Shown here piece after piece: positions 50,026 to 62,925 of a DNA stretch of 64,000 nucleotides; position 1 is the stretch's first letter, and each line of letters starts with the position of its first letter. A model generated the notes under the pieces. The model was given only the letters and a program-made list of their open reading frames with translations. It ran no database searches and was not told the DNA's origin. The position numbers were made by a program, and so were the translations under genes. Source of the DNA: Carcharhinus longimanus (taxonomy: Eukaryota); NCBI GenBank assembly GCA_030264375.1, contig JASCQW010000032.1, positions 58,500,236 through 58,564,235 of the forward strand, written 5' to 3'.

Positions 50026-51149
50026 CCAGAAGTGGTGCATTTCATTTGGTTGATTGATTTAAATTGATCTTGTTGAGGTCCTGTATAGTTGACTGAGTAA
50101 GTGCACTCCTTGTTCTAGCAATAGGCTATAGAAACCTAACCAGGTACTATCCCTTATCATTGCTGAATCAATCAGTTTCAGTATGCGGAAGCACTGCCAC
50201 TGACAAAAGTAGTTTGCTTCAACGGGTTGTCCTTGCCATCAGATGAAATACACTTCTTCTACCACCTGCATCGTAAGTACTAACCACTGGATACACATGC
50301 ATCATCTTGACATGGAAGTACATCTCTACTCTTTCATTATTACTGGGTCAGAATCCTTTAATTCCTTTTATTGGATAATTACAGGAATATCATCACTACA
50401 TGGATGAGAGCAGTTCAAGCAGAAGCTGCAGCGTCACCTTCTTCTAATAGGTAAATAGGCAAGGCAATAAAGAAGCTCTTGCCTGCTCGGCCCACAGATC
50501 AAGAACAATTTTCTTTTCATTAATTTTACTGTGATTGGGATTTAAGTTCAGGTCCTCATTATACATGTCTAGCTGGTGTTGCATTTGGAAAACTACTGAG
50601 CCCCAAAATCATTACATCTTTTATTTCATGGACTTAATCAACATTTGAGAGATCAGATAAACATAAAGTGCAATTTCCTGTTGTGAGCATTTCCTGCAAT
50701 TGAAACAAAATCAACTGCGAAGTAAATGCTGCAATAGTAAATTCATCTTCAATTAAATTGTAAAGATTTTAAACAGATAATCTTGTAGTTGGATGTCAAA
50801 CATAATCACCATTACACAGCTGGAGTGAACACACAATGTGTTAAACAATATCGGCTGTTTTCCCAGTGTTTACCATTTGGGCTTGGCTTCCTTTTTAACA
50901 ATGATCTCTAAAGATCTATTTGTAAAATATTCTGCCCCAAACTTGCAAATTATGGAAAGCCCCAACTATTTTTAACCATCTATATGTTCCAAATTATGAG
51001 TCAAAGGTGTTCTTTATCCATCTATTTTAGAATTGAGTTCCCTGATGTAACAAAGTGGTGTCAGTAAGTAATACAAGGCATGCAATTTACCTTCAGTATT
51101 CAGTCTGCATTGTAGAGAATCACATCCTGCCACATCAGCTAAACCCAAC

Positions 51150-51925
51150 AGACAGTGAGACAATGGAGGATGACAGTTTATGCCAAGCAATGACCATCTC
51201 CTAAACAGGGAGGATCCAACCATCTCCTCTTGACATTCATTAGCAATACGACTGATTAAATCTCCACCATCTATAACCTAGGAGTTACTATTCACCAGGA
51301 ACTTAACTGGAATAGCTACATAAGTAAACTTGCTGCAAAACTAGGTCAGAGGCTGGGAACATACAGTGAGAAACTCACCTCCTGACTCGCCAAACACTGT
51401 CCATTCTCTACAAGGCACAAGTCAGGAGTATGATGCAGTACTCTCTACTTTCTTGGATGAATAGACCCCAAAGACAATGTAGGAACTCAATACAATCCAG
51501 GGTAAAACAGCCCACTTGATCAGCAGTCTATCCGCCACCTTAATCATTCACCATCACCAATACACAGTAGTAGAAGTATATACTATAATACAAGATGCAT
51601 CGTATAACTGATCAAGCTTCCTTTGACAGCAACTTCCAAACCCATAACCTCCATCATCTCAGACTGCAAATGCAGCAGCTGCATCGGAACATCACCCCCC
51701 ACAAGTTTCCCTCCAAGTCACACACCAACTTGACTTATATTACCATTTCTTCACTGTCACCAAGTCAAAATCCTGGAATTCCTTTCTTAGCAGCGCAGGT
51801 ATGTACCAATAACAGATCAACTGCAGTGGTTCAAGAAGGCAGCTCACAACCATTTTCTCAAGTGCAATTGGGGAACAACAACAAAATCTGGTCATGCCAC
51901 TGATCTCACCTCCTATGAAGGAATT
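51150..51925 (+). mobile_element. CR1/L2-group LINE 3' part
   Basis: LYKAQVRSMMQYS-like (ctacaaggcacaagtcaggagtatgatgcagtactct); tail ggttcaagaaggcagctcac. Confidence 0.7.
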
Positions 51926-52199
51926 GTCTCCTGTTTATTAACCCTGTTAGAAATGGTTTACTTTATCAAGCTATCGAAATCCTTCAATATTTTAAACAAC
52001 TCTATCAAATCCCCATGAGCTTACTGTTTTCTAAGCAGAACAGAAAACTATCTACCCAAAGAGCTGCAATCTCTCATCCCTGGAACCATTCCAGCAAACG
52101 TTGCCGGTCATTCCATCAACTTATCGATCTTCCACTGATCAGTCATGGTTTTTACATGAAATAAAACTTGGAAGTGTTGTCAACTGTGTTATAGACTTC

Positions 52200-52972
52200 A
52201 AAAGGCCATAAACAGGCAAGCTGAATGGACAGACACCTGGCTGATGAAATTTAATGCAGAGAAATGTGAAGTGATACACTTTGGAACAGAAAGACTTGCG
52301 GTACATGTGCAGAAATCATTGACACAGAGAAGGCGTGACAGGGCAGGTTGAGCAAATAAGCATAAAGATTCCTGAGCTTTATAAATAGAGGCATAGAGCA
52401 TGAAAACAAGAAGGTTATGACGAACCCTTTTAAAAACACTTGTTGGCATGAGCTGACGCATTGTGTCTAATTCTGGACACCACATTTCAGGAAGGATAGA
52501 AAGGCTTTAGAGAGGGTGCAGAAAAAGTTTACCAGAATGGGTCCAGGGACAAGAGACTTCAGTTATGTGAAATCAATATGGTCAGATCAGAGAAATTGGG
52601 CTGTTCTTAGCAAAGACTGAGAGGGGATTTGATTGAGGTGGTAAAAATGCTAAGGGAACTAAACACAATAGATAGTGAAAAAGTGCTCCCACTGGCTGAA
52701 GAGTTGAAACCCAAAGGACGCCAATATAAGGTGAATGGCAAAAGGTCCAAACAATGTCATGAGGAAAATTCTTTCTACACAGAGAGTGGTTTAGGTTAAT
52801 GCACTGCCAGAGTCAAATTCAATTTTGGTTTTCAAAATGAAATTGGATAAGCAGCTGAGGAGAAAGAATTTACTGGGTTATTGAGGAGTGGGATCTGCTA
52901 ATTTGCTCTTGCAGAGAACTGGCGAAATGGAAAGCCAAGTGGAAAACAGCCTTGTTCTGTCCTGTAACCTTT
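52200..52972 (+). mobile_element. CR1 LINE 3' part
   Basis: WLMKFNAEKCEVIHFG, ALERVQKKFTRM and ttctacacagagagtgg. Confidence 0.82.
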
Positions 52973-53105
52973 CGATGCATCCAGTAGTTCAAAGCATCCT
53001 ACTGGGTAACAAAAAAGGGGTGTATAATAGGGAGTGGTGTAATTATGAATGAATCATGTGTGAAGAGGCATGCTGTCAGTCATCGTGAGAAGAGTCAAAG
53101 ATAAT

Positions 53106-53231
53106 GGGAGGGATTTTCCAGCTGCGCTCACCCCAAGGCTGGAAATTCCTGCCCGAGATCAACCGATCTTTGCATGGTCTGCCTCCACCTGCTACAATTC
53201 CCCTGGTGGGTGGGATGGGAAAATTCTGCCC
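53106..53231. mobile_element. MITE of about 125 bp with GGG-type TIRs
   Basis: Ends gggagggattttcc and ggaaaattctgccc. Confidence 0.55.
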
Positions 53232-54324
53232 CAAACATTGCTACATTTCAATCAATGAAAAATGTATACATTTAAATGTGGTTCCTGACTTAAATAGTAG
53301 TACAACAGTAAGTGAACTGTATGACATTAGCAAACTGCCAAAATTGCCATGAGGAAAAGGACATCAAAACGTCAAGAATTGAAACTGCATTCAAAACTAT
53401 TCTGTAGGTTTCATTGGACGATCACACCCAGCAACTGTGCAATTACCAAACTTCATGTTTGTCATGGGACATGAAATGGGACCTATCAGAAATATTAGTT
53501 TCTCTATGTGCTTTAAACAAGGAAATCACCACAGAAAGAATAGGGCAAAGCTGACACCCTCAAGGGTCAGCAACTCATCATTAACTGACATCCACATCCT
53601 TCCTCACCATGTACGAGCTGAGACAGTTACTTCTCCCTCAATGAAAAGCAAGCTAGAAATGAGATGAAAAATACATTGACACTTGAAAAGAGAGTTTAAG
53701 GGAGAAAGATAAATTGCAAGTCTCCTGAGGGAGAGCATTACTTTAACAAGGAGTTTTCTTTAAACTTGATATAAGAGTTCCTTCATCATTATTCCCTGTA
53801 ACCTGAGTTTACCAATAAAAACATGCAAGCATAGATAATCAAGTTATAGTGAAACTTCTATTCTTTGAAAGAGGCATTTTAAGCCCTGGAATTATTTCTT
53901 TAGTGCCAGATGATAACGTCTTATATAAAAAGCAAATGACGCAATTTCCTTTTGGTGATTGGTTGCATTAGATAAGGCTGTTCCTGATTTTGTTTTTTTG
54001 CTCTAGACATAACAAAGCTCGAAAAAGTTCATCAAAAGAGGAATGGTCTGAGCAACAGAGACCTCAACTGGATTCTACATGTATTGCTGTGTCTGTGCTG
54101 GGTGTGCAGCATTCAAGCTCTATCGATTAGACAACTTTGCTCCAGCACTTTTCCCTCCCAGATTTTATCAGCCATTTCCTTTACACATGATTTCCTCACC
54201 AAGGATTCACATCTAGGCTGTTTCATAATATCTGGTCATCCACTAAATGATATTGGAGATTGTGCATTTGAATAGTCACACAGAAACATTAAAAGTATTT
54301 AAGTGGACACTGAGGTTATGAGAA

Positions 54325-54597
54325 GTTTAATTATTAGTCACAAGTAGGCTTCCATTAACACCGCAATGAAATTACTGTGAAAATCCCCTAGTCGCCACAC
54401 TCCGGTGCCTGTTCGGGTTCACTGAAGGAGAATTAAGCANNNNNNNNNNNNNNNCTTTCAGACTGTGGGAGCAAACCCACGCGGACACAGGGAGAATGTG
54501 CAGATGCTGTACAGATAGTGATCCAAGCCGGGAATTGAACCTGGGACCCTGGCACTATGAGGCACCAGTGCTAGCCACTGTGCCACCATGCTGCCCA
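54325..54597 (-). mobile_element. V-SINE with alternative tail
   Basis: ttattagtcacaagtaggcttccattaacaccgcaatgaaattactgtgaaaatcccctagtcgccacactccgg...ccactgtgccacc. Confidence 0.88.
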
Positions 54598-54606
54598 GTG
54601 ACATAG

Positions 54607-54725
54607 TGCTGGAAATACATGGCAGGTCAGGCAGCATTTATGGAGTGAGAACAAACAGTAATGTTTCAGAGTAATGGCTCTTCATCAGCAATAGAAAGAA
54701 TTAGGAGATGTAATAGGTTTTAAGC
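54607..54725 (-). mobile_element. Penelope-associated short element with a decayed hammerhead core (54660-54688)
   Basis: Minus strand CUGAUGA-AGAG-ccauua-CUCU-GAAA-CA-UU; arm homologous to 16512-16562. Confidence 0.5.
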
Positions 54726-55389
54726 AGGACCTGAAAACAAGGTCAGTTGTTGCTGCCTGTCACATCCTTTAATAACTAAGGGTTGATTTACAGGATTCCA
54801 TCAATGGCCCCAAATGCAACTATTTCCCCATTGCCTTCTCCTCCGTTAGTTCTTTTGGAGTTGATGGTGGACGGATAACTTTTGGTATGCTGTGTATCCA
54901 GGTCATGGTGCGTTGATCCCCTCGCACCAACCCTGATGATCCAAAATCCAGAAAATCCGTGTATCCGACATATGTTCAGTCCCAAGTTCCCAGGTACGGG
55001 GTCTGCTACTTGTACAGAAGGAGGAAAAGAGGCAAGAGGAGGAAAGACCAAAAGGAGTTGGTAATAGGGTGGAAGACATGAAAGGTTAACTGACAGAAGG
55101 TGCAAGGCAAAAGGAGCAGTGAATACAGTAAACTAAATTAAGTGGGGAAGTATTAAACTACCATTTCGCAATGCAAGGAGTGTTCGGGGCCCTACATGGT
55201 GTGAAGCAGGACAGATGTTGCATCTCCTGTGCTTGCATGAGCAGATGCCATGGATAGAGGAGGGAGTTGGTTGACTGATGAGCGGATGAGGTTATAGTGC
55301 TCCCTCAGAGTGCTAAAAGGTGAGGAGAGGGGCAGATGTATTTGGTGATGACAACACGTAATTTTAACAGTTTCAGATTTCCAAGCTCT

Positions 55390-55645
55390 AACGAACAAAG
55401 AACAGTACAGCATAGGAACAGGCCCTTCAGCCCTCCAAACCACGCCAATCTAGATCAACCACCTGTATCCTTCTATTGCCCATCTGTTCATGTGTCTATC
55501 CAGATAAGTCTTAAATATCACTAATGTATCTGCCTCAACCACCTCACTTGGCAGTGCACTCCAGGCCACCACCATCCTGTGTGTAAAAACCTTCCCCCAC
55601 ACATCTCCACTGAACCTTTCCCCCCTTATCTTGAACTTGTGCCCC
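55390..55645 (-). mobile_element. CR1 3' end running into a gap
   Basis: gaacaaagaacagtacagcataggaacaggcccttcagccc; same subfamily as 59250-59885. Confidence 0.85.
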
Positions 55646-56204
55646 NNNNNNNNNNNNNNNNNNNNNNNNNNNNNNNNNNNNNNNNNNNNNNNNNNNNNNN
55701 NNNNNNNNNNNNNNNNNNNNNNNNNNNNNNNNNNNNNNNNNNNNNGAAGGCATTTAGATAGCTGCAGCTCACAGTGGTTTATAGATATCTCCCAGTGTGT
55801 GTGAATATTAAACAGCTCTCAAAGCTTAGACCTGATACATTAACCAGACAGAAAGGAAGAAAAACCTCCCTGATCTCCCTATATCTGCAACTTGATGGGA
55901 AAACGACAGACAAACCTCTGAAGAAATATCACCGTCACATCTTCATTTCAATTTATTGAAAGCAATTAAATTCCATGATTATCCAGGCTCCTTTATAATA
56001 GATTTACAAATCAAGTGATTTGTTCTGCACATGGTTTGATTCATTGAGCATTATTCTCGACACCTCGCTTAATAGAACATTAAGAAGCTGGGCCCTATCT
56101 GTTGAAGACGCTTTGGTGTCTGGCGGCCACGCAGTTACACAGTCTGGATGAGAACCAGAAGTTATTGGGTTCAACATCCCAGCAGAAGCTTTCTGTTCCG
56201 GAAT

Positions 56205-56490
56205 GCTCGCACCTTCCAAACCTGGGATCTCTACCCTTCTTGAAGGACAAGGGCAGCAGTGGACATACAGGAACACCACTATCACTTAGAAATTTGCTTT
56301 TAAGTCACTCATCCTGACTGGGAAATATGTCACCATTCCTTCACTGTCACAGGGTCAAATACCTGGAACTCCCTCCCGAACAGCACTACCTACCCCACAT
56401 GGACAGCAATGATTCAAGAAGGCAGCTCACCACCACCTTCTCAAGGAGCAATTTGGGATGGGCAACGTATACACCACACGCAAATGAACA
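56205..56490 (+). mobile_element. CR1/L2-group LINE 3' tail
   Basis: caccttccaaacc...gattcaagaaggcagctcaccaccaccttctcaagg. Confidence 0.7.
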
Positions 56491-56804
56491 GATACAACAT
56501 ATTACTGAAAAGAGAAACACACTGTCAAAGCTTTTCACCTCATACTCATCAGGAACAAACACAAGAACACCAAATTTCAAATGCTGATAGCAACCGATAC
56601 AACAAGAAAAAAGTCATAATTGGTTGACGAGTGAACTCTGATTGGTGAAGATGTTGCCATGGAGGAAGCAATGTGCAGTATAGTGTCCCCAAACTCATGG
56701 GTAATTCAAAAAAGGTGCCACGCCTGAACACGTTCCTTTTGTTTGCAGAGAACGGGTTCCTGTGCATAAATGCAGGTCACTTGTACCAAATTTATATGAG
56801 CCAA

Positions 56805-57220
56805 GTTCTGATAGAGTTTAGAAGGATGATGGGGGGATCTTATTGAAACTTAGAGGATACTGCAAGGCCTGGATAGAGTGGATATGGAGAGGATGTTTCC
56901 ACGAGTAGGAAAAACTTGAACCAGAGGGCACAACCTCAGGCTGAAGGGATGATCCTTTAAAACAGAGATGGGGAGGAATTTCTTCAGCCAGAGAGTGGTG
57001 AATCTGTGGAACTCTTTGTCGCAGAAGGCTGTGGAGGCCAGGCCAATGAGTGTCTTTAAGACAGAGATAGATAGGTCTTGATTAATAAGGGGATCAGGGA
57101 TTATGGGGAAAAGGCAGGAGAATGGGGATGAGAAAAATACCAGCCATGATTGAATGGAGGAGCAGACTTGATGGGCCGAGTGGCCTAATTCTGCTCCTGT
57201 GTCTTGTGGTTTTATGGTCT
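56805..57220 (+). mobile_element. CR1 LINE 3' end
   Basis: gagagtggtgaatctgtggaactctttg...gatgggccgagtggcctaattctgctcc. Confidence 0.9.
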
Positions 57221-57235
57221 AACAACCTTAAGGGC

Positions 57236-57570
57236 TGAGTGTTCCACTCCAATTCCGGCGAACACAGTGGATCAGTACTGAAGGAGTGCTACACTGTCAG
57301 AGCGTTATACCATTAAACATTCAATCGGAAGGAATGCTACATTGTTAGAGGGGCTGTATTTCAGGTGGGACATTAAACTGATGATGTAACTTCCCCCCCT
57401 CAGGTGATTGGAAAAGGTCTCGTGGTTCTATTTCAAAGCATTCTGCCCGGTGTCCTGATCAATATTGACTCCCTCTTTCAACATTGTCGAAGGAAGATTC
57501 ACAGTGGGTCACGATCAGATTGCTGTTTTTTGGGAGCTTCCTGTGCACAAACTGGCTGCTGTTTTCCTGA
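57236..57570 (+). mobile_element. Deu-domain-type SINE (SacSINE1-like)
   Basis: cagtactgaaggagtgctacactgtcagag...ccggtgtcctgatcaatatt...gggagcttcctgtgcacaaactggctgc. Confidence 0.6.
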
Positions 57571-58102
57571 GAATGAAAGCTCGGAGGAACAGGATTGGCT
57601 GGGAGGCAGGTTGAGATTGCGAAAGATGCTTCAGAACTCCCAGCCTTTCTCCCTTTCACTGTGAGAGACAGAACAGTAAATTAAAGAGTCAGTGCTTTCA
57701 ATAACATTAACTTTATACAGCAGGAATGTCATCTCGCATTGACAAAAGCTGGATGTGGTTCAGTGGATCTGTGTGCAGCAGCCAGGAGGAGGGGACAGAA
57801 GGACTTTCGTTGTGTTACCAGCGAGTTGTTAACAGTTTGATGCAGGGAGAGAACATATATCTTCCCCTCTGCTGCTGAAACAGCATCACCCTTTCATCGT
57901 GTAAGCTTCCATCACAAGCTTCATTCAGAAGTCTACGCTAAATCTCCAGGAGTCAGATGCAGGAGACGGGATGGATGGGCCATTTAAAAAAAAAGATGTT
58001 CAGTTGCGCTTCCTTTGGGGAACAAAAAATCATTTTCTTTTGGCTGGTAATCAGCATTTCGATTGACAGTCTGTAAATCACCCAGTCAGATTAATAAACA
58101 AT

Positions 58103-58269
58103 GCATCTTGATTGAGTGTGGGGAGGTTTGGTGTGGCGGGGACAAACGCCACCCGGAGGGAACCCGCTCAGGCACGGGGAGAACGTGCAGTCTCTACACA
58201 GACCCGAGGCCGGAATCGAACCCAGATCCCTGGCGCTGAGAGGCAGCAGCGCGAATCCACTGTGCCATC
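58103..58269 (-). mobile_element. V-SINE 5' half, CpG-rich copy
   Basis: cacggggagaacgtgcagtctctacacagacccgaggccggaatcgaacccagatccctggcgctgagaggcagcagcg. Confidence 0.8.
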
Positions 58270-59249
58270 TGATGTGGTAGACTTGTATGTGGTGGGGGTG
58301 CGGGGGTTGGGGGGGTGCACGTTTGAGGTGTTACACGGTCTCCTCGCAAAAAAAAAATGACCCTTTATCACAGTAAAGCTCAGTGTGTAACTGTGCACAA
58401 GTTCAACGTCTCGTAGATGTAGCTGCTGAGAAAAATGTCAGTCGGAGAGTATCCTCGCGCCAGCCTCTTGGTTTGCAAGCTGCTGTGTTGGCCCTGACAG
58501 TGATGTATTTTTAAATATATGGCACCATTTAATAGTAGGTGCTCCATAATATCAAGTGCAATTCCAAAGTAGATTCATATTCATGTAATTGAGACAACAT
58601 AGCCCAAAGCAATTTTTCTTTATAATGAATATTTAATCAGGATGCTTTCTGCTCTTCTCTGTATTCACTCGCATTGTGTTATCACCCTGATACACATTGT
58701 CATTAGCTTGTTCTATTAATAGCAGAACAGTTTGTATCCTTATGATTGTTCCTTTTATGTTTTCTCATATTCCCATTGATCAGACACCAAGCTGTTTCCC
58801 GCAGAGTTTTGCAAATTAAAAATCTGGACAAACTGATTGAGGGATGGTCACTGCCTGCTGGCCTTGCTCACATCCCAAGAAGGAATCGGAGATGAATGAA
58901 TGACAACCCATCCAGGCAGAGTGTTTCCATGAACCAGCCACCCACTCACCCCAGCCTTTAAATACCTCTGGCCCAAAAAGCACCCACGATTTACACCTCA
59001 CTGGTTTGACCCACCCAACACAAATCAATGAATTTACTGTGTCTTGGCCAGCGATTAGCACCAGTATAATGCATGGCTACAGTCAATACCGTGCAGCAAA
59101 GGAACTGTGGCTTAACCCAATGAACTGTTGACAACTCCATTAACCAACAGCAAATTGACTGCTTCGGATACCAGCAATACAAAGTTTATTACAAAGGCCA
59201 CAATGAGAGGTGTTGATTCTTAAAACCTGCACGTCAGAATCGAAACCAC

Positions 59250-59885
59250 ACAAAGAACAAAGAACAGTACAGCACAGGAACAGGCCATTCGGCCCTCCAA
59301 GTCCATATCCTATCTCCACCAACCATTTATATCTGCCTATTGCCCGTTTGTTGATGCGTTTATCCAGATAAGTCTGAAATGTGGCTAACATATCTGCCTC
59401 AACCGCCTCACTTAGCAGTGCATTCCAGGCCCCCACCACCCTCTGTGTAAAGAAACTTCCCCCGTACATCTCCACTGAACCTCTCCTCCTGTTCCTTGAA
59501 CTTGTGCCCCTTGTCATTGTCATTTCTGCCCTGGGAAAAAGCTTCCAACTGTTCACCCAATCCATACCCCTCATAATTTTATAAACTTCTATCAGGTCAC
59601 CTCTCAGCATCTGTCTTTCCAACAATCCCAAATTATTCAATCTCCCCTCATAGCTAATATCCTTCATAATAGGCAACATCCTGGTAAACCTCTTCTGTAC
59701 TCTCATCAAAGCCTCCACATTCTTCTGGTGGAATGGTGATCAGAATTGGACACAGTATTCCAAATCTGCCCAACCAACGGTTTTTATAACTGTAACATAA
59801 TTTGCCAACTTTTATACTCGATGCCCTGGCCAATGAAGGCAAGCATGCCATATGTTTTCTTCACCACCTTTCTCACCTGCTGCCA
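59250..59885 (-). mobile_element. CR1 LINE 3' part
   Basis: ALMRVQKRFTRMLP..LRGDLIEVYKIMRG..FFTQRVVGAWNAL. Confidence 0.9.
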
Positions 59886-60044
59886 CCGCTCTCATCCCAA
59901 ATTGAAAAACCTCTTCGAGTTTCTTCCTAATTTCTGCCTTTTGTTTGCCTTCACATGATCCATCTCCAACTTCCCTGACTTCTCCGTCTACTTTTGGGAA
60001 TAGTCTGTCAAATAATTTCTTCAATTAGCCTATCAACTCTCCTA

Positions 60045-60283
60045 GCAGATTTGGAATATTGTGTCCAATTCGGATTGCCATGCCACCAGAAGAATGTGGA
60101 GACTTTGGTGAGACTACAGAAGAGGTCTACCAGGATGTTGCCCAGTATGGAGGATATTACCTATGAGGGGAGATTGAATAATTTGAGATTCTTCTCCCTG
60201 GAAAGACGGAGGCTGAGGGGCAAGCTGATAGAAGTTTATAGGGGTATAGATAGGGTCAACAGTTGAAAGCTTTTTCCCAGGCC
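60045..60283 (+). mobile_element. CR1 fragment, inverted relative to 59530-59768
   Basis: LEYCVQF..QKRSTRMLP..SLERRRLRG. Confidence 0.88.
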
Positions 60284-61957
60284 TTGATAATACTTTCCCC
60301 CACCTCACTTTCTAAATTCTTACAATATGTCTTTCTTTTTCCTCAAGTAAAGATTCCTCTGCACTATGGTTGGCAGGTCCCTCGGCCATGTCTGTTTGGG
60401 AATAGACAGGGATAGATTAGAATGTATTAGTACAGGGAGTTGATGGAAAGCGCGTGCTTTTCTCATTGCATAAGGTAAATTTAAATTGTTCTTTGATGAA
60501 GAGGCTTTGTGTGACTATAATTTTCCTAAAATTCTCATTAAAAATATAGATTTAAATTGGGAAATGTTGTTTTTCTACAATCTCGGATAGTATGCCACAA
60601 TTCAGGAATGATTGCTTTGAATAAAACCTCTGATCTTAATTGTGAGCCAGCTCAGAAACAAAGTGATGCAAGAAAAGATACAGGAGGAATAATTCTAGTT
60701 ATGAACAGTCAGAGGCAGCAAAAGTGATTGCAGAATTTCCAAATCAAAATTTGTCACAGAAAAGACTAAGCCCTCAGAGTGACACTCAAGACTTAATGGC
60801 AATTGACACAAATTAAATGGTGCCTGTTCAAAACAGGCCTGACCATAAAATGCCTTGAATTGTTTATTGTTGTCATAAAATGGAGTGGCTTAAAAAAGCA
60901 GAAGAAAAACCATAGTGAGGGGTATTCAACTCTGATCTTAGAAAGAAATGTCAGGAATTTTGGGTGATAAGGTATGTCGCATGGTTGACCATTCAAGCAG
61001 CATTTCCTTCTTCCTGCTCCCTCTGGAACCAATACATCACCACATGTCACAACTACCTTCAACTTCCTGAGATGTGGTGACTTGCCAGGGAAGTAACTGT
61101 CAATATCCCATTGGAGGGAAGCCGCCTTGATGAGGTGCCATCTCTCTTCAGACTGTCAGAAATACTTATTTGCTGGAAGCCTCAGCCGAGGCCTTTATTG
61201 GAAGATATTATTCAAATCTTCCACTACCTTACTTCCCTTGTTGGATTTTCAGGGGCTGCAGTGGTGTGTTCCTTCACCCTTCAGTAGCACATAGCAAGGA
61301 TCCGCTGACAGCTCGAACCAAATAAAATGGGATAGGGTTGAGGCAGGTACGGAATAGTGTGTGGAACTATTGTCCTGCTGGAACTTCACCCAAAAATAAA
61401 ATCGGTGTTTCCACAGGTCAATCAACTATTGATTATAATGACTCTGTCAGCAGTTTAAAAGACTAGGTCTCGAATTTGCTCAACCTTTTAACTAAAGCAA
61501 GTAACATGGGAAGCATAGTCACATCCTTGTTCTGTAGGAGAGGTGAGAAAAATAAATAAATAAATGTGACAGAAAATGAATGCAACCAAGCCAAACATAA
61601 AGAAAGGGGGGCTTAAACTGGAGAAGTAAAAACTTCCTATTGAGTGACAGGGAAATTCTAAGCATATTTATGTTCAAGAAAGCAGCTCACCACTACCTTC
61701 TCAAGGGCAATAACTTGCTAGTGTTATTTCATCCCATGAAAGAATAAATAAAGAATGTTTGTTATTATATCAGTGCATAAGCAACAAAAGGAGGAATTCC
61801 AATAATTTATTTGCCTCCATTACAATCAACATTTTATGACTGCCACTGATTGAGACACAGTGCACTACATGAGCAGTAAGACCAATCTCTCTGAAGATTT
61901 TAGCCACGTAAAGAGCCACCATTTATCAAACTGCTGCTGACAAATGTATTTTCTTAC

Positions 61958-62189
61958 CAGGATCCAGATGTGTGAAAGTGCCAATAACAAAATCCATTGT
62001 GGAGACAGCCAGCAAGGCTAATAGTAAGAGCTGAAACCGAATGATCCATTTGACTCCGGCAAGATTAATTCCCAGTAATCCCATCAGCACCGCAATGGAA
62101 ATTCCCCGGACTGCCCAGATGTTACTGAGGTTCAACAAGTTAGCAATGGATTCAGCAAAGCCGGTGATATACATAGCACCTGCAACACA
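61958..62189 (-). CDS. SLC12A8: SLC12A8 internal coding exon, first in window (232 bp, phase 0 to 1)
   Basis: Acceptor ctctctttcag|TGT and donor CCT G|gtaaga. Translates [77 protein letters not shown], recognised as SLC12A8 transmembrane segments. Confidence 0.96.
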
Positions 62190-62449
62190 CTGAAAGAGAG
62201 CATCATTTTATCTTTGTCATCAGAAGCACATCTTGTTAACATTGTTTGCTGGCTTTTATGATGGACAGTTGCCTAGTAAAGTAAGTAGCGTGCTAATCCT
62301 CTACCCTTTTTAATGTTGGTTATTAATCCTGATATTCTATTACTTTAAAAGGTGCAATGTAAATATAAGGTGTTGTTATTAAGGCACAAGCTTGAAATCC
62401 AAAGTCAGGTGACTGGTTAAGCCTCAGTAGGAACTGTTTTTTCCAACTC

Positions 62450-62925
62450 TGGACACCAGAGGAAGGATGCCAAGGCCCTGGAGCAAGCAGAGAAGAGATT
62501 AACTAAAATGGCTGCAGCAATGAGAGAATTCAGGTTTGTGGAAAAGCTGGAGTTGTCCTCCTTAACGGCAGAGAAGATTTGATAGTGTTCAAAATCATGA
62601 ATGGTTTAGACACTTGTAAATAAGGAGAAACAGTTTCCTGTGACAGATGGGTGCGTAACCAAAGGTCAGAGATTTAAGGTGATTGGCAAAAAAAAAAGGG
62701 GAGTGGCAAGAGGAAGCATTGTTTTACACAAAAATTATTGTGGCCTGGAATACATTGCCTGAAAGCGGATTCAATCGCAACATGCGGAAGGAAGTTGGAT
62801 AAATACTTGAAGGGGAATAAAAAACATTGAGCTTCTGGGGAAAGAACAGGGGACTGGGATTGATAAGGTAGCTTTACAAAAGAGCTGGCACAGAAATGAT
62901 GGGGCATGTCCTCTTTCTGTGCTGC
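62450..62925 (+). mobile_element. CR1 LINE 3' part, decayed
   Basis: aaggccctggagcaagcagagaagagattaactaaaatg...gcctggaatacattgcctga. Confidence 0.7.

Noticed and set aside
59140-59718. 192-aa ORF
   Set aside because: C-terminus of a 5'-truncated CR1 ORF2 reading into its UTR and flank.
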